From a virus (taxonomy: Duplodnaviria > Caudoviricetes): a stretch of 64,000 nucleotides of DNA. Made by a program: the position numbers and the translations under genes. Shown piece by piece: positions 27,001 through 35,955 of this stretch (its first letter is position 1; every line of letters begins with the position of its first letter). Below the pieces are notes generated by a model. It saw only the letters and a program-made list of their open reading frames with translations, was not told the DNA's origin and ran no database searches. Where the stretch lies: positions 17,514 through 81,513 of IMG/VR virus record IMGVR_UViG_3300026549_000067; one strand, written 5' to 3'.

Positions 27001-29333
27001 AAAGGTCTGACCATGCCTGCCATGCCTGATTGAATTTTCTTAAAAGCTGTCTCAGTGTCTATATTATAGAAAGCGGATAAGTCACCAGCCAACTCCGTCA
27101 GCCTAACACCCATGATACCTGCGTCTTTTTGTGCAAGTCCTGATGCTTGGAACATCGCAGATAATGTACCTGCGTATTGTTTTGCAGATTGAGAAGCGAT
27201 ACCAAATTTTTCAATTGCTGTTTTTGACCACGTATCAACATACTGTGCCATGTCTCCGAACACAGATTCTACAATGTGGTCAATTTCAGTAAGATTGCCG
27301 CCTAATTCCATTACTTGCTTGCCAAGATTTACAAGTCCTGTAATGCCACGGAACCCTATCAATGCACCAATCATATTTTTGATACTGCTTGTTGCTCCGT
27401 TTAGGCTAAGTCCTGCACCTCTTATGGATGTGAGAGATGAAACAATTTTTGAAGCAGATGATTTGATCCACGATCCTGCTCGTTTGAACACATTGCCAAG
27501 ATCGTTTACGATATTACGCAACGCACCCAATCTGTTTGCCGCTGAATTAGATCCTCTTCCAACATTGCTTACTGCGTTATTTATGCTTCTTGCAGATGTT
27601 CCTGCTTTGCCACCTGCCTGTGCGAGATTGGCAATAGCTGTGGTCATTTGCAGTATGTTCTGGCTGACTTCCGGAGCCTGAGATATGTCTGTAATGAATG
27701 TCTTTAACGATTCTCCCAATTGGATAAGCTGTGCGGAAGTCTGTCCTGTTTTGTTTCCTGCATTCGCCAGTTGAGCAATAGAACCAACGAATGCGTTAAG
27801 TTCGGCAGGAAGTCCACCCATCGATGACAAACCACCCATGACGGACTTGATTGCCGTTCCGAGTTGTGGAAGAGTGTTTACCGCAATTGTGGATTTACTT
27901 CCTGCGTTAGCCAATCTTGCCAATGAAGATACAAACCTGTTAACGGATCCAGAAATATCTTCCATGCTTGCAAAATCTCTAATCGCTTCTCTTATATCTT
28001 TAAATATCTCAAGATTAAACTTAGACAAATCCGTGCTTGTAAGTCGGTTTATGGAATTAACAAATGCTGTGAGTCCAGAACTCTTTGGATCTGTTTGACC
28101 CATCTCTTTCATCGCGTCCGCTGTGGCTGAAAGTCCTGTGTTTAACTCTCCCAACTTATTTGCATCAAGTCCAGACAGCGTGGTCGAAACTGTTGACTTG
28201 AGGTTCGACTTTAAGTCTGCAAAACTAAACTCCAATGGAAGTTTAAATGGAGTTGCTGTTGCCTGTTTAATTGCCGCCCTGATTTGTGCTTCGATTCTAG
28301 ATGGTTCAATGCTAATATCCAATGGAATCTTACTAGCAGATTCCTTCATGGACTTTTGGACTTCCTGATCGAATATCTGTTTCAGTTCTTTTGGTGCTTC
28401 ACCAACAACCGAAATGAGATTTGCCCACGCATTGTCAGAATCTACGCCAGATATGTCTTTGATGTTTACGGTTTGAAGTGCCGCTCTAGCTTCTCTAATC
28501 TTCTCAAGAATTGCATAAACTTGATCTTCCTCATTTGCAACATTCTTTATCCCCGACATAATGGTTGGAAACAGATTTACAAGTTCTTCCCACCTTCCGT
28601 CTATCGCAGAACCACTCTGGCTGAAAAATGACATCTGCTCATTAGAAGTTGTGTTTTCTCTAAACGCTTTCTTATCAACAGCTCGTGTCAGCGAGATTTT
28701 ATTGTTTTGGAGATATTTGAGAAATTCTGCGTATTCAGTTCGCATCGAAGCAATATCAGAAGCAAAAGACGCTTTCGCAATCTTTAACCCATCTTTATCG
28801 ACTTTGCTTAACCAATCTACAAATGCACTGTTTCCTGTGCCGCCACTTGCCATATCTCTTACGGCGGCTTGATACACGCGTTTGATATTTGTAGCGTCCA
28901 CACCTTTTAAGCCAAACAAGTCATTAAACTTCTTTACAAGCGGAGATACATCAACATGCTTTACGGCATCCTGCATCGCGTATATTTCACGTTCCGCTTT
29001 ATCCGCTCCACTAATTTTCACATCGAGATTCAGCCTTTTGCCATCGATGTTTTTGAAGTTGATATTGCTGATTCTTTCAAGCTGACCAATTACCGTGTTC
29101 AACTTCGATGTATTGATATTTCCGATCTTATTAAATGAAGTTGTCAACCTAGCAAGACCTGACGTTGCTGACGATACACTTCCTAAGTCTTTCGCAAGGT
29201 GTCTTAACTGCGTTTGCATCCGACTCAGGTTCTTTATGGCGGCATTGGCATTGGCATCTATCTGTAACGATAACTCATCAATTACATTGTCGTTCGCCAT
29301 GTGTGTTACCTCGTTAAATAAAAATAGGGGCAA
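24063..29333 (-). CDS. tape measure protein
   Basis: 1756 aa, helical and Ala-rich, W-spaced 11/22-aa repeats; follows the tail chaperones. Confidence 0.95.
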   Translation of the reverse strand: MPLFLFNEVTHMANDNVIDELSLQIDANANAAIKNLSRMQTQLRHLAKDLGSVSSATSGLARLTTSFNKIGNINTSKLNTVIGQLERISNINFKNIDGKRLNLDVKISGADKAEREIYAMQDAVKHVDVSPLVKKFNDLFGLKGVDATNIKRVYQAAVRDMASGGTGNSAFVDWLSKVDKDGLKIAKASFASDIASMRTEYAEFLKYLQNNKISLTRAVDKKAFRENTTSNEQMSFFSQSGSAIDGRWEELVNLFPTIMSGIKNVANEEDQVYAILEKIREARAALQTVNIKDISGVDSDNAWANLISVVGEAPKELKQIFDQEVQKSMKESASKIPLDISIEPSRIEAQIRAAIKQATATPFKLPLEFSFADLKSNLKSTVSTTLSGLDANKLGELNTGLSATADAMKEMGQTDPKSSGLTAFVNSINRLTSTDLSKFNLEIFKDIREAIRDFASMEDISGSVNRFVSSLARLANAGSKSTIAVNTLPQLGTAIKSVMGGLSSMGGLPAELNAFVGSIAQLANAGNKTGQTSAQLIQLGESLKTFITDISQAPEVSQNILQMTTAIANLAQAGGKAGTSARSINNAVSNVGRGSNSAANRLGALRNIVNDLGNVFKRAGSWIKSSASKIVSSLTSIRGAGLSLNGATSSIKNMIGALIGFRGITGLVNLGKQVMELGGNLTEIDHIVESVFGDMAQYVDTWSKTAIEKFGIASQSAKQYAGTLSAMFQASGLAQKDAGIMGVRLTELAGDLSAFYNIDTETAFKKIQSGMAGMVRPLRDLGIDLTAATLQEYAQAQGITTKYNAMTQAEKVMLRYNYLMHATELQSGDFERTNKSLANSLRTLKAYLSEVGTQIGVGLASAIRHVVVWLNTMMKYLVKGATAFATFMQTIFGKYKGGASGMAFDASSMTDDTSELEDAANGTASGLEDADEAAKKLKKDLSVLPFDELNQLNKDRESTSSSKGSGSGGGAGALGDLGKDLLDWSDLMNNSEAGKLPDAISDWAERCKAAFEKGDWDLLGAEIASGINDGLKKLYKILDFNKFKEKVDPFITGFTSTFNSLVKNVNWELLGKTVGEGINDIVYAVNRLLKDIKWEEIGSAFAEFANGLVNKVNFGEIGKLFGNKFMILWNTLYGFAKDFKWDEFGKKLGAGINGLNGAISWTTVAKAMTTSLNGLFTTLSNFSKTVHWDDIAKNITDGINTFIKNFKWKENGEALGDFIGNLCDTLISIIEETNWEDFGKGLAEMLQQIPWSKILKVVGEAIMTGLGGILSGLSSTPAGSLASGLIKALIAFKIGSALLPFANNIVKAFTGKSVGTLLAGGVSNLMSSFAGQVTAGFPTILSAVSGGLSSIVSGIGSAVTAIGGALAAIGPTGWIIIAAIAGAVAVTVAIVKHWGEIKEAAGKLWNGIKSAWDSIKTKTKETWDDIKGGVKSAWDTVSTTTSSVLGTVESKASTVWGNIENKITTVTTNAQTKVASAWNSIKTKTSEAFSGVESDVKTAWQAVSTKTATVVSEAYKKVSTNWNNIKTVTSTAFDAISTKTARVWGDVKTTVDSAITNISQKMSSSFSSAAERFKSTLESISEKVEKKFGSIKDSVDKAFGSLKSTFGTKWSLDISNTKPHIPVPHFEKSGSFSLDPPSIPTYRFAGWWKKGGLFKGGSGQVIGVAEAGRDEAVLPLEDSRAMATIGNAIARASGDNFGISKDDITDAVVMAMAMNPQSQEIIVNAVLKMENDEVLARHVERGKQKLDSRYNPVAQY

Positions 29334-29339
29334 GACAGA

Positions 29340-30181
29340 TTATTCATCCACCTTGCCCTTGTTAAGTTCGAAATTCGCTTGCGACACCTGTAATGCCAAA
29401 AGCAATCTCTGTCTCTCCTGTTCTATTTGCTCTTCTGTCAATTCTTCGTCTGGAACGGTTTGCGCTTGTTCTAAGAGCGGTTTGTCTATGTATTTCGCTT
29501 TGGACTTTCTTCCGCTCAATGCCGTAGACAATGCCACACTAAACGCATTGAGATTGTACATGCCCATGTGCCATCGCTCTCTGTCGGAACGCTTCTCACG
29601 CAGTATTTCCGCTTCGTGATAGCATTCAATGTCAACAGGACACGAGTCCAAAAACTCTTCCTTGCTGACACCTATTGACAGGAAATATGGCAGTGTGTGC
29701 TTCTTTACGCTTTCGCTCCATTTTTCTTCTTTGACGATTTTTGATGATCCATTGGAACCACTGTCGCGTTCTGCTCTTCCAGATTCTCCTGACCACTTCT
29801 TCCGATCCTTGATAAAAAACCGTTGTTCTCCAATTCACCTTGAAGATCAATAAACAGGGTCGCGGAATCCTTTCTGGAATCCTCTGGTTCATCTCTGTGT
29901 TCATCTTCGTAATCGTCAATCATATCATAGACAATGAAAAGTTTTTCTTTCTTTTCGCTGTCTGTGTCATATCCGAATTCATCTCTATGGTATTTCTGAA
30001 GTCCTGCCAGAAGGAGTTCTGCTGTCAGTTTAAGCAAGTCTTTAAACTGCGTTGCTCCGTCTTTGTCATCATCTCCAGATGCCATAGTGTCAATTACTCT
30101 GTCGATCAGATCTGTTTCGCACAGCACCCGATAACTGTATTTGACCTTATATTCATCGTTGCTTACTTTAAATACGTACAT
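29340..30181 (-). CDS. tail assembly chaperones G/GT with -1 programmed frameshift
   Basis: ORF 29705-30181. Slippery T TTT TTA at 29813-29819; the -1 frame is open from there into ORF 29340-29651. Confidence 0.8.
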
Positions 30182-30262
30182 TGTAAGTCCCCCTGTATTT
30201 AAACTTTTGTAAAAAACGAGGACGCTCCAATTAAGGAACGCCCTCTATCGCTGTGATTCTAA

Positions 30263-30748
30263 TCAGGTTGTACTGCCTGAGTTCGCCCAAGCAACCTTCG
30301 GCAGAAGTCCTTTGTACTCTGAAATAACCAGAGAAATGGACATGGTAGCCGCCTCGTTCTGTCCGATCTCAGGAAGCGGAATCTCGTTACCGCACTCAGC
30401 AACAACGAAAAATGCATCACTCATGGAAGGGAACTGAACTTGGAACCATACTCCCTTGCCACCTTCTTTCGCTGTTTTTGCCGCCGCATAAAGTGCTTTG
30501 ATCTGAGTAACAGAAACATCGGGGTCGACAATAAATTCCACTTCCCACGTTCCCCCAGTATCCTGTCTTCCTGCCACATAGTGTGTGATATAATCTTCCA
30601 GTGCGGAAACATCAATCTGCTCTGTGTCAAGGGAAATGCCGCCGATACTGGATGCAAGTTCAAGCTGAGTGAATGTTGTAGGTTTGGTTCCTGCGGTTGC
30701 CTCAATGCCGTATCCAAAGGTTACGCCCAGTGTAGAAAGACGCGCCAT
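30263..30748 (-). CDS. major tail (tube) protein
   Basis: LDTEQIDVSALED...GRQDTGG motif; position in the tail module. Confidence 0.85.
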   Translation of the reverse strand: MARLSTLGVTFGYGIEATAGTKPTTFTQLELASSIGGISLDTEQIDVSALEDYITHYVAGRQDTGGTWEVEFIVDPDVSVTQIKALYAAAKTAKEGGKGVWFQVQFPSMSDAFFVVAECGNEIPLPEIGQNEAATMSISLVISEYKGLLPKVAWANSGSTT

Positions 30749-30806
30749 ACTCGACCTTCCTTTCTGCTCTTATGAGCAATAAAAAAGCACTCATGAAGAG
30801 TGCCGT

Positions 30807-31229
30807 TTATACGTTGATATCCTTTAAGAACCTTCCTGCGAAGTTTCTCATAGTGAATCTTGATGTGATTCGTTTGACGTTTGAGTTGTCCACTACACTT
30901 AATGCGGAATCACCCATCCGTCTGAATCCAAGTTCGTTGAAAAATCCCCAACACGCATCGTCCATCACATACAGGTCGCTGATCTTTGATGTGTCGATGT
31001 AGCAGTCCGTCTGCAATGTTAAATCGACCGTGACTTCATAGTTGGTTAAGTCCGTAACGTTTGTCGGCTTGCCAACAAGTGTCAGTGCGCAATATGGAAA
31101 CTCGGCAACGGATTTATCGTTAAACATACCGAAGTGTTTGGCAACGGAATGATTCGTGAGAAACCCACGCCATGCTTTGTATATTTGATTGATGTCCACC
31201 GTTACTGTATTGTTGTCCATATCATCCAC
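30807..31229 (-). CDS. tail terminator/completion protein
   Basis: Size, position and FPYCAL motif. Confidence 0.65.
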   Translation of the reverse strand: MDDMDNNTVTVDINQIYKAWRGFLTNHSVAKHFGMFNDKSVAEFPYCALTLVGKPTNVTDLTNYEVTVDLTLQTDCYIDTSKISDLYVMDDACWGFFNELGFRRMGDSALSVVDNSNVKRITSRFTMRNFAGRFLKDINV

Positions 31230-31743
31230 CGAATACTTTCTTTGCTACGCTTTTGATTGCTTTGCAAATCTCAACCTCTGCGTTGTACATCGGCATAGCC
31301 GCTTTAGTACCTTGCGAAGTCTCAAATCGACCGTGTTCTTCATTGAAGTACACCCAAGAATCATTTGCACCTTGTCCTTTTCCATAGGAACCTATGGTGT
31401 AACCCATCTGTTGTCCTTTTGGGTGAGGACTTGAACCTGTCGCACCGTTGTAATGAACACCCGATCCAAATTCTATAAAAAGAACGTCCCGACCTTGAAG
31501 AATGATCGTTGCCCTTGTGAACGAACCATATGAATTCATTTTCACAAATGCATAATGGTTCGGGTCAGAATCACCCTGTATGCTTGACATTTTCTGGTCG
31601 ATAGTTCGAATGCCTATCTTTCCGAGTTCGTCAAGCAACTGTGATGTTTTTAAGACCAACGATCTTTTGTATTCCTCTATCTGCTTTATGGCGTTCTCCA
31701 CGGAACTGACAGACAAATTCATTTTGATTTTCTTCTTAGCCAT
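31222..31743 (-). CDS. neck protein (HK97 gp10-like)
   Basis: LFIEFGSG...W...G..A.MPMYNA pattern. Confidence 0.7.
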   Translation of the reverse strand: MAKKKIKMNLSVSSVENAIKQIEEYKRSLVLKTSQLLDELGKIGIRTIDQKMSSIQGDSDPNHYAFVKMNSYGSFTRATIILQGRDVLFIEFGSGVHYNGATGSSPHPKGQQMGYTIGSYGKGQGANDSWVYFNEEHGRFETSQGTKAAMPMYNAEVEICKAIKSVAKKVFGG

Positions 31744-32132
31744 TAGTCTTTATCACTGACCTTCTTGATTCCATATCTGGCAAGAATGCCTTTCTTTGTA
31801 TCGTAGATTCGGTCAAGAATGTAATCGGGTTTTACGGTCGGTTCGTTGGATTCGTTTAAAACCAAATCTCCGTTCTCGTCCAACTCTGGAGTCTTGTCTA
31901 TGTATAAGTACATCCCCTCTACAGGTTGAAATTTCCGATCATAGGAAACCATATACCTGTCATAATTCGGCAAGATACCAAAGTTCATCTCAGCAGGACT
32001 ACCACTGGTGGACGATACAGAAAGCCGATGTTTTTCTGGTTTGTCGTATGTATATGCAGGATCGATATTGCTATCATCTTTGGTTCGATTTACAAACCAT
32101 ATGTCCTGCTTTCTGCGCGTTGAATTTCTCAT
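31743..32132 (-). CDS. head-closure protein
   Basis: Likely start MRNSTRR with RBS agagggac; position in the head-tail module. Confidence 0.65.
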   Translation of the reverse strand: MRNSTRRKQDIWFVNRTKDDSNIDPAYTYDKPEKHRLSVSSTSGSPAEMNFGILPNYDRYMVSYDRKFQPVEGMYLYIDKTPELDENGDLVLNESNEPTVKPDYILDRIYDTKKGILARYGIKKVSDKD

Positions 32133-32249
32133 AAGTCCCTCTTTTCTGATTATGTTTCCGTTCCCTACCTCGATCAAACGATGGAAACACCCTACGTCAC
32201 AAACGTGGGGACTTTCAATGTCACGCTCATGACATGCGCTCACCGTCTT

Positions 32250-32600
32250 TTATACGATCTTAGCGATAGGAACTATGCCACTCAGATATTGTTTCGGAGT
32301 GCCGCCTGACTCATAGGATTGCGTCTGACCTGATTCATAGAATGTGGTCACACCGCCCTTGCCCTGTTTGTCGTAATGGAATTGTGCAATTCGTTTGATT
32401 GCCCACGAATATCTTTTCAGTGCAATTTCCTGATACTTTTCGTAGTCATCATCCGACAATCCCCACGGACACATCTCGTTCATTACTTCCTGTATGGCTC
32501 CGTCAACACAATCTTCAAGAAAAGTTTGTTGGTCATCTGTGTAATCATCTGCCGCATATACGACAAGACCATGAATTAACTCTTCTCTTGTGATTGCCAT
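32250..32600 (-). CDS. head-tail connector protein
   Basis: Position; YDKQGKGG...ESGQTQSY motif. Confidence 0.7.
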   Translation of the reverse strand: MAITREELIHGLVVYAADDYTDDQQTFLEDCVDGAIQEVMNEMCPWGLSDDDYEKYQEIALKRYSWAIKRIAQFHYDKQGKGGVTTFYESGQTQSYESGGTPKQYLSGIVPIAKIV

Positions 32601-32773
32601 TACTGCTCCTTCTTAGCAGGTCTGCCACGTCTTTTTGTTTCTTCTTTCTGCACATCATCGGTTTTGGAAGAAACAAATGGAGCAGAAGTTTTTTTCGTCT
32701 CCTGCTCCATCGGTACATCTTCGCCAGCCGCATAGTATGTGCCATTGTATTTAACAATGTGGTCAAATACCAT
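32600..32773 (-). CDS. small capsid-adjacent protein (57 aa)
   Basis: Manual translation MVFDHIVKYNGTYYAAGEDVP...KRRGRPAKKEQ. Confidence 0.6.
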   Translation of the reverse strand: MVFDHIVKYNGTYYAAGEDVPMEQETKKTSAPFVSSKTDDVQKEETKRRGRPAKKEQ

Positions 32774-32792
32774 TGCTTATACCTCGCTGAAT

Positions 32793-33872
32793 TTATTTAA
32801 CTTTGAGTACGTAAACAGCATCCATTCCTTCGAAGGACGGAAGTGCGATCTGAGATACGGTTGTCTCATGACGTACAGGTGGCCCATAGATGTTCTGGAT
32901 TGCTACTGCGATGCCAGAATCAAGAACAGATACGTCAACCTTCGGATCACCAATCAGTGAACGCTCTTCCGGAGTTGTACCCATCCAGAGATTACCGACC
33001 TGATCTTCGCCAACAATTGTTACATAATTGTCCGGATAGTATTTCTTGGATGTACCGTCATAGTCTTTGTACTTCTTGTCGTAGATGAGCGGTGTAAGAC
33101 CAGTCTTGCGTTGGAATACTTCTTTAGCAGTTGCTCTGTCAAGGAAGTCAACAGGATTGCCAGTGATGGTAATCAGCGCATTTTTCATCTGATCGGTTGC
33201 AATCAGAAGGTTCAGAGTGGTTGTGTTCATGATTGCATACTTAGCCGCATAACCTTTGTCAGCAAGTGCATCGACACCTGTCTGCATATCATCGAGCGGA
33301 GCCGCACTGGATGCCTGATCCCATGTGTTATTAGACAGAGAAGCGTAGTTCGTTGCTTTCCAGATACCGTTTGCATCATAGTCGTAGTTGTAAATAGTGT
33401 TGTCTGCCAGACCGATGGAAATCTTAACATCGCCGTTAACCGGAGCAAGCAGAGACATGCGCATACGCTCAGAAGCGATATTTGCACCCTCAACAAGATT
33501 TGCAACATCATCAAATACGTGATTGATAACATCGTTCAGATACGGATCGTTGGAGTCAGCCGCACGCTGAATCTCCATCATGTCCTGCTCGGAAACCTTC
33601 ATAGCTTCACGGAACAGCGGCATTTCCTCGGTGAGAACTTGGAAACCTTCACGCGGACGGATGGTTGCAAGTGCATCGTATGTAGACGGTTTCAGTGCAA
33701 CACCAAGTCCTTTGTGTGCTTTGATCCATTTCAGATCAATTCCCATTTTCTTTTTACGCGGAAAGAACGCTTCGCCAAGATACGGAATAGCATTGCTCCG
33801 ATCGTTGGTCAGCTGAAATGCGATAGACCGCGCTGTAAATACATCATTAAATCTCATTATTTTTTCCTCCAA
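32793..33872 (-). CDS. major capsid protein (major capsid E-like)
   Basis: 359 aa; follows the scaffold and decoration genes; conserved-looking P..E..D C-terminus. Confidence 0.88.
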   Translation of the reverse strand: MEEKIMRFNDVFTARSIAFQLTNDRSNAIPYLGEAFFPRKKKMGIDLKWIKAHKGLGVALKPSTYDALATIRPREGFQVLTEEMPLFREAMKVSEQDMMEIQRAADSNDPYLNDVINHVFDDVANLVEGANIASERMRMSLLAPVNGDVKISIGLADNTIYNYDYDANGIWKATNYASLSNNTWDQASSAAPLDDMQTGVDALADKGYAAKYAIMNTTTLNLLIATDQMKNALITITGNPVDFLDRATAKEVFQRKTGLTPLIYDKKYKDYDGTSKKYYPDNYVTIVGEDQVGNLWMGTTPEERSLIGDPKVDVSVLDSGIAVAIQNIYGPPVRHETTVSQIALPSFEGMDAVYVLKVK

Positions 33873-33915
33873 ATGTATTTGAAGTTGTTGTCATTAAGTT
33901 TCGTTTCGCTTGCTA

Positions 33916-34308
33916 TCAAGCGGTTGCGATGATCGGTTCCTCAAACGCAATTCTGCATCCCGCCGCATTAAGGGCGGTTGTAAGTGCCGCATCATATGTC
34001 AGACCAGAATTCTGCTGTGCGCGAGTGGTGTGTACATAACCAACCTTCAGCACTGCAACCTGCGGATGAGATTCGTATGCATCATGCAGAAGCAGACCAA
34101 CTGCACCTGTCCACGGAGTCGCGCCAACAACCTTTCCATCTTTGTCAACCGGAGTACCAGCCCTGACAACTTTCTCTCCGTTGTCTGCCGTAGTATTGAC
34201 ACCTGTGTAATCAACTGTCATTGCAACGGCTTCATTTTCTTTGCGGTTAAGAATTTCGATCTCACGGCTGACCGCCAGAGTATCAACTTTCATGTCACCT
34301 CTTGCCAT
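33916..34308 (-). CDS. head decoration protein
   Basis: KVVRAGTP...AVGLLLHD motif; position. Confidence 0.75.
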   Translation of the reverse strand: MARGDMKVDTLAVSREIEILNRKENEAVAMTVDYTGVNTTADNGEKVVRAGTPVDKDGKVVGATPWTGAVGLLLHDAYESHPQVAVLKVGYVHTTRAQQNSGLTYDAALTTALNAAGCRIAFEEPIIATA

Positions 34309-34323
34309 TTTGTTTGTCCCCCT

Positions 34324-35043
34324 TTAAAGGAAATTGTTAATAATGTCACTATTGCTACCTGATGTTTTGGACTTGTTCTGCTCAACAAAACGTTTTGCAA
34401 AAACCATTGCAGGATCATCCTTTTGGGAATCACCCTGTCCTGCGGATACATCAATCTTGTTGTCCGCAATAAATTTCTGAAGTCTATCTTCACCTGCGGT
34501 CTTTTTGACAGACTCAACAAACTTGTTCAGCGCATCAAAAAAGGCATCAGCATCTTCCAGTTCCGGAATAGCCTTTGCCATCTCTTCTGCGTCTGTTTCT
34601 GGCATACCTACACCCATCAGACGCTTACTGTATTTGATTGTGCGGAGTTCGCTTCGAACCTGTTCAAGTTCCTCTGCTTTCTCTTTCTGCGCTTCTGCTT
34701 CTTTTTCAGCGTCCGTCATCTTTGCTCTGAGATTTGCGTTCGCCTGATTTAACTGCGCTTTAAGGTTTTTCGCTTCTTTTGTGTTTTTGTCGATTGCGTT
34801 CTTAAAGCGTTCCGCATCAGCTTTCGCCTTGGCAAGTTCTGCTTTAAGACTTTCAAGCGATTCCTCGCCATCTCCATCCGTATCATCGGAACCGTCTGCA
34901 CCATCAGTGCCAGAGCCGCCGCCAGACCCTTCTCCACCTTCTGCAAATCCATCTCCACCAAGTACATCAGCACCATCTGGAGCAACTCTGCGTGCGTGTT
35001 TAAAGATCCGACTTTGACCATAGTGGTTGTTCATAAACTTCAT
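34324..35043 (-). CDS. capsid scaffolding protein
   Basis: Acidic Gly-rich N-terminus and coiled coil; position. Confidence 0.8.
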   Translation of the reverse strand: MKFMNNHYGQSRIFKHARRVAPDGADVLGGDGFAEGGEGSGGGSGTDGADGSDDTDGDGEESLESLKAELAKAKADAERFKNAIDKNTKEAKNLKAQLNQANANLRAKMTDAEKEAEAQKEKAEELEQVRSELRTIKYSKRLMGVGMPETDAEEMAKAIPELEDADAFFDALNKFVESVKKTAGEDRLQKFIADNKIDVSAGQGDSQKDDPAMVFAKRFVEQNKSKTSGSNSDIINNFL

Positions 35044-35098
35044 AAATTTGACCTCTTTCTGCTTTTATCGTCTGTGCTGACCTTGCGTTATTTTTATC

Positions 35099-35145
35099 CA
35101 ACCTTTCTCTAGGTTGCCTGTGGGATTAGCGTCCTTCTCTGGACG
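35099..35145 (-). promoter_or_regulatory. two tandem hairpins with AGAGAA hexaloops in scaffold leader
   Basis: CGTCC-AGAGAA-GGACG (35130-45) and CAACCT-AGAGAA-AGGTTG (35099-116). Confidence 0.6.
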
Positions 35146-35184
35146 ATTTGTATATAAATAAAACCGCCATAAGCGGTAATATCT

Positions 35185-35943
35185 TTAAAAGAATCGAATG
35201 CCGCACCGACACCCAATAATTTCTTCGTCACTCGGTGAAAATTGTTCATCCCTTGGGAATTGCATCATTCCACCTTGCAAAATAAACGGCTCATTTATTG
35301 GTTTTGTAATGCCATTTACCTCTGCATGGCTTTCTCTTTCATGACCATCAATGATAGTCAGCCATTGTTTGAATGATTTCTTCCTGACAACTTCTGAATA
35401 TTCCGTATGCGACCAAACCGTATTAGATTCGTTCTCGGCAATAACTCTTGCCCTGTCCTTGGAATAGTAATACGGATCATCTTTGTGCCTGTCTGTTGCC
35501 GCCACAATGTCCGCTGTTGCCTGATTCACCCTGTTGATGATATAGAGGTCTATCTCGCTAGGAAAATCAGGATTTGCCTGTTGTTGTGGTCTGTTTTGCG
35601 GTTGATATCTCGCAGAATCATATGTCCGTGTGATACCAACGTTATTTCCGTAATACGCATCGCTAATATAGTACCGTTGTTCGACAGATAACTCCTGACG
35701 AGCCAATTCCATGTAGCGTTCACGGATTTCCTGCAATGCTACGGTGTACTTCGGATTATCTCGCGTATAAAACAAGAAAGACATCAGCCAGACCATCTCA
35801 TCTTCTAAGCGGTTGGCAAATGCCTTTCGTAATCGTTTTTGTTCAGTGGTTATCGGCATCTCATCAAAAAACTGATCTATCGGAAGGCTCCGATCATAAC
35901 CGACAAGTTGATTCAAGTCATCGAAGGTAGTAACGTCAATCAT
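35185..35943 (-). CDS. minor head/morphogenesis protein (Mu gpF/SPP1 gp7-like)
   Basis: KQWLTIIDGHERESH...CRC C-terminus. Confidence 0.85.
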   Translation of the reverse strand: MIDVTTFDDLNQLVGYDRSLPIDQFFDEMPITTEQKRLRKAFANRLEDEMVWLMSFLFYTRDNPKYTVALQEIRERYMELARQELSVEQRYYISDAYYGNNVGITRTYDSARYQPQNRPQQQANPDFPSEIDLYIINRVNQATADIVAATDRHKDDPYYYSKDRARVIAENESNTVWSHTEYSEVVRKKSFKQWLTIIDGHERESHAEVNGITKPINEPFILQGGMMQFPRDEQFSPSDEEIIGCRCGIRFF

Positions 35944-35955
35944 ATTGCTACCTCA

